The translations under genes and the position numbers were made by a program. Source: Sulfurovum sp. (GTDB lineage Bacteria > Campylobacterota > Campylobacteria > Campylobacterales > Sulfurovaceae). From it: a DNA stretch of 64,000 nt. The notes under the pieces were generated by a model, which saw nothing but the letters and a program-made list of their open reading frames with translations, had not been told where the DNA came from and ran no database searches. The first letter of the stretch is position 1. Each line of letters begins with the position of its first letter. Of this stretch, positions 56,059 through 64,000 are shown one piece after another. The stretch covers positions 227-64,226 of the forward strand of contig JAUZSQ010000081.1 of assembly GCA_030949325.1 (NCBI GenBank), given 5' to 3'.

Positions 56059-56421
56059 TTAGTGTTTCTTTAATTCTTTTTCGTTAATTTCACGACAAGT
56101 GATACAATAACGTGCAAAATTTTTGACTTCTAAACGAGCGAGACCTATAGGGTCTTCACACATCTCACAAATACCAAATGTTTTGTATTTTATTTTATCT
56201 AAAGCAAGTTCAATTTCGGTTAATTCCTTGCGTTGTTGCAATAAAATAGCACTATCTACAATAGTTTCTGCAGCAGCTGCGGCATAATCCCCTTCATCAT
56301 TGAGTTCCAAGTCTCTCATTTGATCGAGTTCAAGTGTTGTACCTCTAAGGTTCTTCTCTATTTGTACTCGTCTGTCTAGTAATTTATTTTTAAAATCTTC
56401 TAATTGTACATCTGTAATCAT
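56059..56421 (-). CDS. dksA: DksA/TraR C4 zinc-finger protein
   Basis: DEGD, FGICEMC..I..ARL..YCITC. Confidence 0.9.
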   Translation of the reverse strand: MITDVQLEDFKNKLLDRRVQIEKNLRGTTLELDQMRDLELNDEGDYAAAAAETIVDSAILLQQRKELTEIELALDKIKYKTFGICEMCEDPIGLARLEVKNFARYCITCREINEKELKKH

Positions 56422-56450
56422 TTATTTCTTCCTATTTAATAGTATTCCAC

Positions 56451-56912
56451 TTACTTGTGGTATGGGTGATTATTATTAATCGTTAGCCCTCTAAAAATCT
56501 GTTCCAACAAAACAACTTTCACCAATTTATGTGAAAGTGTTATTTTACCAAATGATATGGCATTATTACATTTATCTATAAAACCACGTTCAAAGCCGTA
56601 TGCACCACCAATAAAGAGGTTTATCTGTAGGCTATTCTTAAGCAGTTTTGCAAAATTGTGACTATCTACCTCTTTGGCTTTGGGGTCAAGAGCGATATTT
56701 ATGCCCTTAGACATATATTTTTCCAAGGCTTTAGTATAGGCTTTTTGTGCCATTTGTGGAGAAATATCTTGTGCTTTGCCAATGGCTTTATCAAAGATTT
56801 CTATCACTTGTACTTCTGCAAAAGGTTTGGCAATTTTAATATAATGTTCAATGAGACCTGAATAGAGTCCATCTTTTCCTTTTTTGTCTATAATAATCAC
56901 AAATATTTTCAT
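56451..56912 (-). CDS. rlmH: 23S rRNA pseudouridine-1915 N3-methyltransferase
   Basis: FIGGAYG, SHKLVKVVLLEQIFR, HPYHK. Confidence 0.95.
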   Translation of the reverse strand: MKIFVIIIDKKGKDGLYSGLIEHYIKIAKPFAEVQVIEIFDKAIGKAQDISPQMAQKAYTKALEKYMSKGINIALDPKAKEVDSHNFAKLLKNSLQINLFIGGAYGFERGFIDKCNNAISFGKITLSHKLVKVVLLEQIFRGLTINNNHPYHK

Positions 56913-56915
56913 AGA

Positions 56916-57933
56916 TTATAGGGATGCCTTTATTTTTTTGTGCCAATTGATGGACTGCCATGGCATAATAACTACTGTGGTTGTATCGCGTAATGACAAA
57001 AAAGTTTTTAGCGCCATACCAAAGTTCATCATAAGACTTTTTTTGTAATTTAATAAGACGTACTTTCTTGTCATAATCCCAAAAATATATAGGGCTAATG
57101 CCTTTGAGATTCTTTCGATGGTAGCTATATTTATAGCCTGTCTTCAAACGGTTAAAACGCGTACCTGCATAGCTCACACGTATGGCTACAGGTTCACCCG
57201 TACGCCAACCATTTTTTTTGAAATAATTGGCAACACTGGCAATGGCATCTGCAGGATTTTGAAGACTAATACGACCATCACGGTTAAAATCGACCCCATA
57301 AGGTAGGTAATTACTAGGCATAAATTGACATAATCCAATTGCCCCTGCATAAGAGCCATAGACATTTTTGGGATTAAAATTTTCTGTTTTAGACAAGGCT
57401 AAAAACTTGATAAGTTGATTGTTGAAAAACTTATTGCGTCTATTCTTTTCAAAAGCCAAGGTACTGAGTGTATCAAAAACAGGGTATTTCCCCACATTTT
57501 GACCATAGGCACTCTCTATACCTATAATAGCTGCGATATACTCCTTAGGCACACCATACTGCTTTTGGACAGCATCAAAGACTTTGCGATGTTTTTGTAT
57601 GAAGGCAATACCTTGTTGGGTACGCCTATGATTGACTGTGAGTCGTGCATATCTACCCCATGAACCATATTTGTTACGGATTTTCTTGGCTTTTGCAATT
57701 TGCTCTGGGGTTCTTGTCTCTTTTCTTCGTGTTTGTTGTTTGAGTGGTATAAAGGCACGAAGTGCTGTTTTTTGTACCTTGACGTGCCTAAAGAGCCTAT
57801 TGGCCTCTGCTCTTGAGAAGTGGTGTTTCTTGACTAAAATATTGATAGTCTTTATCGTTTTAGCATTGTAGGTATAATCCTTGGCGTCCATTGCCAAACA
57901 GAGAAAGAGAAAGACCCATACTATTTTTATCAT
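56916..57933 (-). CDS. mltB: Lytic murein transglycosylase B (true end likely 56916; extra base in 7-mer run 56933-56939)
   Basis: AIIGIES, GSYAGAIGLCQFMPS, SVANY, ITRYNHS. Confidence 0.88.
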
Positions 57934-58054
57934 TTACATAATCCTACATTTTTGCAAAGATTATACCGTATATTTACTATAAGAGGTGCTAGGCTAAGAG
58001 GTATTTGGCTATGATTGTAGTGTTTAGACTAAATATTTATCTCAAAGGATTAAC

Positions 58055-58294
58055 ATGACAAGACTCAAATTAGGATTACTTAGCGTACTAAGCATAGGCA
58101 TATTGACACTCACCGGCTGTGCAAGTAAAGCAGAAAATGGTGCATTGATGGGTGCAGGAGCAGGTGCATTACTGGGTCAAATGATGGGTGGTAATACAGG
58201 TTCCACAGTGATTGGTGCAGGTCTAGGTGCTATCGCTGGTGCTGCTATTGGTGAGAATGAAGACAAAAAAGACGCAAGGCGTGGTGCGTATTAA
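58055..58294 (+). CDS. Glycine-zipper lipoprotein
   Basis: Lipobox LTGC; GALMGAGAGALLG..GAGLGAIAGAAIG. Confidence 0.85.
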   Translation: MTRLKLGLLSVLSIGILTLTGCASKAENGALMGAGAGALLGQMMGGNTGSTVIGAGLGAIAGAAIGENEDKKDARRGAY

Positions 58295-58761
58295 TTAGGC
58301 AGAGGAGTCAGCACCTTTTTCGTCCAAGAGAGGGTGACTTTTCTCCTACCCCATTGCAAGGCTTTCTTGAGGTTTGTACCCATATAAATATCTATTTTTC
58401 TCCTCCATTTTTTATGCATCTTATCACGCACCGTATATATCCCACGCAATCCACGAATACGCACTCTTGTACCATTGCCTAAGCCTTTTTTGATGAGGTC
58501 TCTTGAGACAGCGATAGATTTATGTGTAGTAGAGAGTCTATTGTTCCAAGCACCTATATAAGGAGTACTATCGGTTTCTGATTTCCTTGAGGTATAGGCT
58601 GTAGCTGTAACTACGAGATGAAAAGTCTTTTTTTGCATCGTAAAGGTTTTTTTAGGAGGTTTTTTAGCCTGTATTTTGGGCTGTAGTTTTTGTGTGCTAT
58701 TACATCCTGTAAATAAAAGTGCTATAAAAATAAAAAGTGCATAAAAGGGGAAAGATTTCAT
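58291..58761 (-). CDS. 3D-domain lipoprotein
   Basis: Lipobox FTGC; VTATAY, IAVSRD, VRD, IDIY. Confidence 0.85.
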   Translation of the reverse strand: MKSFPFYALFIFIALLFTGCNSTQKLQPKIQAKKPPKKTFTMQKKTFHLVVTATAYTSRKSETDSTPYIGAWNNRLSTTHKSIAVSRDLIKKGLGNGTRVRIRGLRGIYTVRDKMHKKWRRKIDIYMGTNLKKALQWGRRKVTLSWTKKVLTPLPN

Positions 58762-58762
58762 A

Positions 58763-59191
58763 TTAAGACAATGTCGTTTGTACTTGAGGCAGGAGTATCC
58801 TGCGTATCTCTTTTAGAGTAGATTTGAAATCAGCTATTCCCAAACCATCAGGGTCTTCAAACCCACAATGCAAGGTAGGAGTAGGGTAGGGGAAGATAGG
58901 ACAACTCTCTTTGGCATGATTACAAACGGTAACGATGAGGTCATACTGATTGTCCCTTAGGCTCTCTAATGTCTTGGAATGGTAGCTTTCTTGCCAAATT
59001 CCTGCTTCTTCTAGTACTATTTTTGCAAGGGGGTGGACTTTTCCCGTAGCTTTGACTCCTGCACTTTGGGCAGAGATACCTTCAAGCTCAGCATTGATGA
59101 GGGCTTGGGCGATAATACTTCTACAAGAATTACCCGTACATAAGATAAGTACTTTATAAGAGGGCTTAGGCGTGAAGCTATGGTCTATCAT
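58763..59191 (-). CDS. arsC: Thioredoxin-type arsenate reductase (LMWP family)
   Basis: CTGNSCRS P-loop; [10 protein letters not shown] redox Cys pair; GFEDP. Confidence 0.88.
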   Translation of the reverse strand: MIDHSFTPKPSYKVLILCTGNSCRSIIAQALINAELEGISAQSAGVKATGKVHPLAKIVLEEAGIWQESYHSKTLESLRDNQYDLIVTVCNHAKESCPIFPYPTPTLHCGFEDPDGLGIADFKSTLKEIRRILLPQVQTTLS

Positions 59192-59742
59192 TTGGCAAGT
59201 ATATGACCAAAGAGGATATGCATTTCTTGGATACGAGGGGTATCATTAGAGGGTACGATGAGATTGATATCACATAAATCATTCATCTTTCCACCTTGGT
59301 GACCAGAAAACCCCAAGGTCTCACATCCTAAGGCTTTGGCACTTTGCAATGCTAGGACAATATTTTCAGAGTTTCCTGATGTTGAGATAGCTATCAACAG
59401 GTCACCTTTTTGTGCCAAGGCTTCGACTTGCCTTTGAAAGATTTTGTTGTAGCCATAATCATTGGCAATGGCTGTGAGTGCTGAGGTATCGGTATTGAGG
59501 GCAATGGCAGGTAAGCCCTTGCGTTCTACTTTATAGCGACCCGTGAGTTCTGCTGCAATATGCTGTGCGTCAGACGCAGACCCTCCATTGCCACAGAGTA
59601 AAATTTTGTTCCCACGTTTTAGCACAGCTATCATAGACTTTGATGCCTCTTCGAGTGGCTCTTGCATTGTCTTGATGACAGCTTCTATGGTTTGCTTGTG
59701 CATTTGGAGTTCATTTTGTATGACATGGTTAACATTTATCAT
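59188..59742 (-). CDS. gmhA: Phosphoheptose isomerase
   Basis: [33 protein letters not shown]. Confidence 0.95.
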   Translation of the reverse strand: MINVNHVIQNELQMHKQTIEAVIKTMQEPLEEASKSMIAVLKRGNKILLCGNGGSASDAQHIAAELTGRYKVERKGLPAIALNTDTSALTAIANDYGYNKIFQRQVEALAQKGDLLIAISTSGNSENIVLALQSAKALGCETLGFSGHQGGKMNDLCDINLIVPSNDTPRIQEMHILFGHILAK

Positions 59743-61164
59743 TTTGTATCCGTTGTATAATTTTTGTGGTACTTCTACCTTCTATAAAGTTGACAAGGCG
59801 TAATTCATCTGCAATATCTTGACCGATGACTCTCTTCCCCTGCATAATCTCCACCTTTGACCAAAATATGGGGTATGCTATATTTTTGATGAGTGCATAA
59901 GGTGTATCGTCTTCAAATTGTACTACACATATCTACAGCTTCTAAAGATGCCAAAATATACGCTCTATCGTCTTGAGCATTGATAGGACGATTTGCCCCT
60001 TTGAGCCTCGTGACACTCGCATCCGAATTGAGTCCTACTATCAAGACATCTCCATAACTTTTCGCAGTTTCGAGATATTTGACATGCCCTACATGCAAAA
60101 TATCAAAACAACCATTGGTAAAGACAATCTTTTTGCCACGCTTATGCAAATCACGACTCAAAAGTGTCATCTCATCAAAGTGCTTGATATGCGAATCACT
60201 CGTAGATTTGTGAATGCTTGATTCATAGTGGCTTATCTCTTCTAGTGAAGCAGTAGCCGAACCAATCTTACCTACAACCACAGCTGCTGCAAGATTGGCA
60301 AATTTGACAGCCTCATCAATAGCATAGCCACAAGCCAAGGCAAAGCCCAAAGAAGCGATAACCGTATCTCCTGCACCTGTGACATCAAAGACTTCACGCG
60401 TTAGGGTAGGATGTGTGCGTAAGGTCGTATCATAGACAGCAATCCCTTCCTGACTTAGCGTAATGAGTGAGAGTTCCAAATCACAAGAGGCTTGTATTTT
60501 TTGCATCGCTTTTAAGAGAGAGGGAGTATCTACAATATCTATGCCAGTAGCCAGTATAGCTTCTTTTTTGTTGGGTGTAAGAAGTGTTGCCCCTTTGTAT
60601 TTAGTAAAATCTTTGCCTTTGGGGTCTATCAATATTTTTGTACCTACACTTTGACAACAAAGAATGAGTGCTTGTGTGAGTGTTGGGGTCAATACCCCTT
60701 TGTTGTAATCAGATACAAATTACGACATCATAGAGACTGATATTTTGTGTAAATTGTGCTATGAGTTGGCTTTCTTGCTCTATATCTATAGACTCTGTCG
60801 TTTCTTTGTCATAGCGTAATATTTGCTGACCAGAAGAGATAATACGACTTTTCTTAGAGGTAAGTCGCTGTGCTTGTATGCCAATATGCTTTGTAGATAT
60901 ATCGAGTCTATGTAGTAAAGATTTCAGTGCCTCAGCATTCTCATCATCTCCTAGTACCGAAAAAACATCAATCTTTGCACCAAGGGCAATGAGATTGTGA
61001 ATGACATTACCAGCGCCTCCCAATACAGACGTTTCTTTTTCTATAGATACGATTTGTACAGGGGCTTCAGGAGAAATACGCTCACAAACGCCCCAGAGAT
61101 AGTGGTCTATCATCAAATCACCTATGACTGCGATATGTGGTGTTTTTCCTTTGAGTTCAATCAT
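59729..61164 (-). CDS. hldE: Bifunctional heptose kinase/adenylyltransferase (frameshifts near 60705 and 59925)
   Basis: [39 protein letters not shown]. Confidence 0.93.
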
Positions 61165-61990
61165 TTCAAGCCTTTGTTCCAGAGTATATGATAGTAAGTA
61201 TGCAAAAGTAAAAACACTCCCAAAGAACAAGCAGACACGATAATAATAGAAGCCCCCGAAGTCAAATCATAGCTATAAGAAAACCATAATCCTACTAAGG
61301 TAAAGACTGTAGCAATCCCCCCAGAGAGGAACATCATAGCAAACAAACTATGGGAAAGCTTTTCAGCAATATACACAGGAATAGTGAGCAAAGCAATCAC
61401 CAAGATGAGTCCTACTACCTTGATAGCAATGACTACAGTCAGAGTGCTGAGAGTATCAGTATGAGTGTATAGAAAAAGGGTACGTTGACCCCTCGCAGTG
61501 AAGCATATTGACTGTCATAAGAAACAGCCAAAATATCACGATACCAAAAGACAATCACGATAATAATCATCACAAGTAAAATAGCCATAAAGTACAAATC
61601 TGTGGAACTCACAGCCAATATAGAACCAAAGAGGTAGCTCATCAAATCTACATTATACCCAGGAGTAAGGTCAACAAAAATGACTCCAATAGCCATACCC
61701 ACAGCCCAAATAAGCCCTATAAAGGTATCAATACGGTGACGCTTTTTGAGTGTGAGTATAGCAATGAGTATCGCAGCCATCACAGCAAAAACCGATGCAC
61801 CCAAAAAGATAGGTAAGCCAAAATATACAGCCAAGCCAATCCCCCCATAAGAGGTATGTGCAATACCCCCTGCGAGAAATACCATACGGTTGACCACAAT
61901 GAGTGAGCCTATAATACCTGAGGCAAAACTTACCAAAAATCCAGCGATAAGGGCATGTTGCATAAATTCAAATTGTAAAGCTTCTATCAT
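61161..61990 (-). CDS. znuB: Zn/Mn ABC transporter permease (frameshift near 61440)
   Basis: IAHTSYGG, DLMSYLFGSIL, LTSGASII. Confidence 0.88.
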
Positions 61991-62763
61991 GATGCTTCAT
62001 CTTCACAGGTATGACAATTGTCTGAACCAAGCATTTGCAAGAGTTCTATCTCACAAAAGTGTTCTTCTTTTTGCTTATGATGGGTATGAAAAGTAGAATT
62101 TTTGTTTGAAATATCGTGATAAGAAAGTTTCTTATGGATATGGGCTACTTTATTGGCATATTCTAAAATGACAGAAATATCATGACTGACAACAATCACC
62201 GTAATCGTCTCATTGAGTACTTTCAGCAATTCATAAATCTCATGTTGTCCTGTAATATCTATACTAGAAGTAGGCTCATCGAGTATAAGTATTTGAGGAT
62301 GGCTACATAAGGCCCTTGCTATCATCACACGTTGGCGTTGTCCCCCTGAGAGTGCACCTATTTTGCTAAGGGCAAAATCTGCCATACCTACTTGTGCCAA
62401 TACACCCATGGCACAAGATAATTCGTGCCTACCATAGCCAAAAAGGGGTCGCTTCCCTTCGATATGTCCCATCATCACCACTTCTATGACTTTGATGGGG
62501 AAATCGGTATTGACATTGGTATCTTGAGGTACATAGCCTATCTTACCTAAGCTTTGTTTAGGAGATTTCCCAATTAATATATGAATACTTCCTTGCTGAT
62601 AACGATGCATACCCAAGATAAGTTTGAGTAGGGTAGATTTACCTCCTCCATTAGGACCAATAATCGCCAAAAAGTCTTTTTCTTTGACGCTGAGGTCTAT
62701 GTCTTTGAGTATCGTCTGTGTCTCATAGGCAAAGCTAAGATTCTTTATTTCAATGATACTCAC
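61987..62763 (-). CDS. znuC: Zn/Mn ABC transporter ATPase
   Basis: GPNGGGKST, GYVPQ, LSGGQRQR, LDEPT, VSHD; His-rich tail. Confidence 0.9.
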   Translation of the reverse strand: MSIIEIKNLSFAYETQTILKDIDLSVKEKDFLAIIGPNGGGKSTLLKLILGMHRYQQGSIHILIGKSPKQSLGKIGYVPQDTNVNTDFPIKVIEVVMMGHIEGKRPLFGYGRHELSCAMGVLAQVGMADFALSKIGALSGGQRQRVMIARALCSHPQILILDEPTSSIDITGQHEIYELLKVLNETITVIVVSHDISVILEYANKVAHIHKKLSYHDISNKNSTFHTHHKQKEEHFCEIELLQMLGSDNCHTCEDEAS

Positions 62764-62764
62764 G

Positions 62765-63655
62765 CTACTTTTTTCCTGCAATAGCTTCTGCGATAGAGAT
62801 GAGGTTTTCTGCCCAATTTTCTGCTAAAGGAGAGACTTTTATCACAGGAATACCTACTTCTTTGGCAATAATCTTCGCCGAAGCATCTGAAAACTCTGTT
62901 TGGCTAAAGAGAGCCTTTACCTTGTGCTTTTTTGCTTGTTTAATCAAGGCTATAAGTGCCTTGGGTTTAGGACTTTTGCCTTCTACTTCTACGCTGAGTT
63001 GTGTCAAATGATACTCTCTAGCAAAATATCCCCACGAAGGATGAAAGACCATAAATGTACGTGATTCTTTCAGAGTAGAGAGCAGTGCTTTAATCTGTGT
63101 ATCGGTATCTTCAATCGTTTGAAGATAGCGTTCTAGGTTCTTTTTATAATAGGCTGTATGTTTGGGGTCTAAGGAAATCAAGGCTTCATAAATATTTTGG
63201 ACAATACGTTTGACATTATGAGGAGCAGTCCAAATATGCGGGTCTTGCATGGATTTTTCGTGGGATAGATGTTTCTCATGCCCATGATGACCATGACCCT
63301 CATGCGTACAGAAGGAGGCAGATGAAGAGGCAGATATACTATACTTTTCTATCCCCTCACTCAAAGACACCGTACGCATCTTGGGGTTCAAGTCTTGAAA
63401 TTTGGGAAGCCAAGTATGTTCAAATTCCACCTCTATAGCAAAATAGACATCGGCCTTGGCAATGGCTTTCATTTGCGAAGGCTTAGGCTCATAAGTATGG
63501 GGAGAATCCCCTGGAAGTACCATCAATGATACGAAGACCCTATCCCCACCTATGGCTTGGACAAACGTTTGTTGAGGCAAGATAGAGACCACGGCATGGA
63601 TAGTCCCAAAGACAGAAACACTGGATACGAATAGAAGAAATAATAATTTATACAT
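62765..63655 (-). CDS. znuA: Zn ABC transporter substrate-binding protein
   Basis: SPHTYEP, His-rich loop, DPHIW, FHPSWGYF. Confidence 0.9.
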   Translation of the reverse strand: MYKLLFLLFVSSVSVFGTIHAVVSILPQQTFVQAIGGDRVFVSLMVLPGDSPHTYEPKPSQMKAIAKADVYFAIEVEFEHTWLPKFQDLNPKMRTVSLSEGIEKYSISASSSASFCTHEGHGHHGHEKHLSHEKSMQDPHIWTAPHNVKRIVQNIYEALISLDPKHTAYYKKNLERYLQTIEDTDTQIKALLSTLKESRTFMVFHPSWGYFAREYHLTQLSVEVEGKSPKPKALIALIKQAKKHKVKALFSQTEFSDASAKIIAKEVGIPVIKVSPLAENWAENLISIAEAIAGKK

Positions 63656-63780
63656 AGCAAATTATAGCGAAAAAATACTGTGTTCTATTATATGTAGTCA
63701 CATTTTAAACCCTTAAATAAACCTTAATAGTATTTTGGGTATAATCCATGCCATTTTAGATACACTTATAAGGCGATAAT

Positions 63781-64000
63781 ATGCAAGATTTATTTACTTC
63801 ATTTAAAGATAATTGTGGGTTTGGGCTTTTGGCTTCTATTGACAATACTCCTTCACACCGAAACCTAGAAGATGCGGTAAGCTCTTTGTCTCGTATGATG
63901 CACAGAGGGGCAGTCGCAGCTGATGGTAAGACAGGCGATGGGGCAGGGCTTTTGCTCTCTTTACCCAAATCATTTTTTGCCAAAGTGGCTTTAGAAGAGG
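63781..64000 (+). CDS. gltB: Glutamate synthase large subunit (5' end, runs off window; not in ORF track)
   Basis: MQDLFTSFKDNCGFG..MMHRGAVAADGKTGDGAG. Confidence 0.93.
   Translation, partial: MQDLFTSFKDNCGFGLLASIDNTPSHRNLEDAVSSLSRMMHRGAVAADGKTGDGAGLLLSLPKSFFAKVALEE

Noticed and set aside
58763-59191. LMWP domain acting as a GmhB-replacing phosphatase
   Set aside because: The distal CX6C redox pair marks a thioredoxin-coupled arsenate reductase; no positive support for heptose phosphatase activity

Overview
Campylobacterota (Sulfurovum-like) chromosomal window, AT-rich, mostly housekeeping genes in gene orders known from Campylobacter/Sulfurovum: hisS-tmk-coaD-ubiX, metG-fbp-mobB, tolB-pal-cpoB, greA-argC, trpC, rpoD, leuD-leuB-purU, dusB-dksA-rlmH, gmhA-hldE, znuABC, start of gltB. 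Accessory parts are: (1) a type I R-M locus at the left edge with a RelE-type toxin-antitoxin pair chained between hsdM and hsdS; (2) a TnpA-only IS200/IS605 element splitting an L,D-transpeptidase gene; (3) a ~19 kb Wzx/Wzy glycan locus with an embedded type IV pilin-like gene; (4) a second pilin paralog 18 kb away that shares an exact 20-bp upstream motif despite near-saturated synonymous divergence. About 25 genes, including essential metG and coaD, are broken by 1-nt indels. These are most likely long-read consensus errors, so split ORFs are annotated as single genes. Two candidate fusions (GmhA-ArsC, acyltransferase-Wzx) depend on such corrections. No tRNA, rRNA or CRISPR array was recognised.
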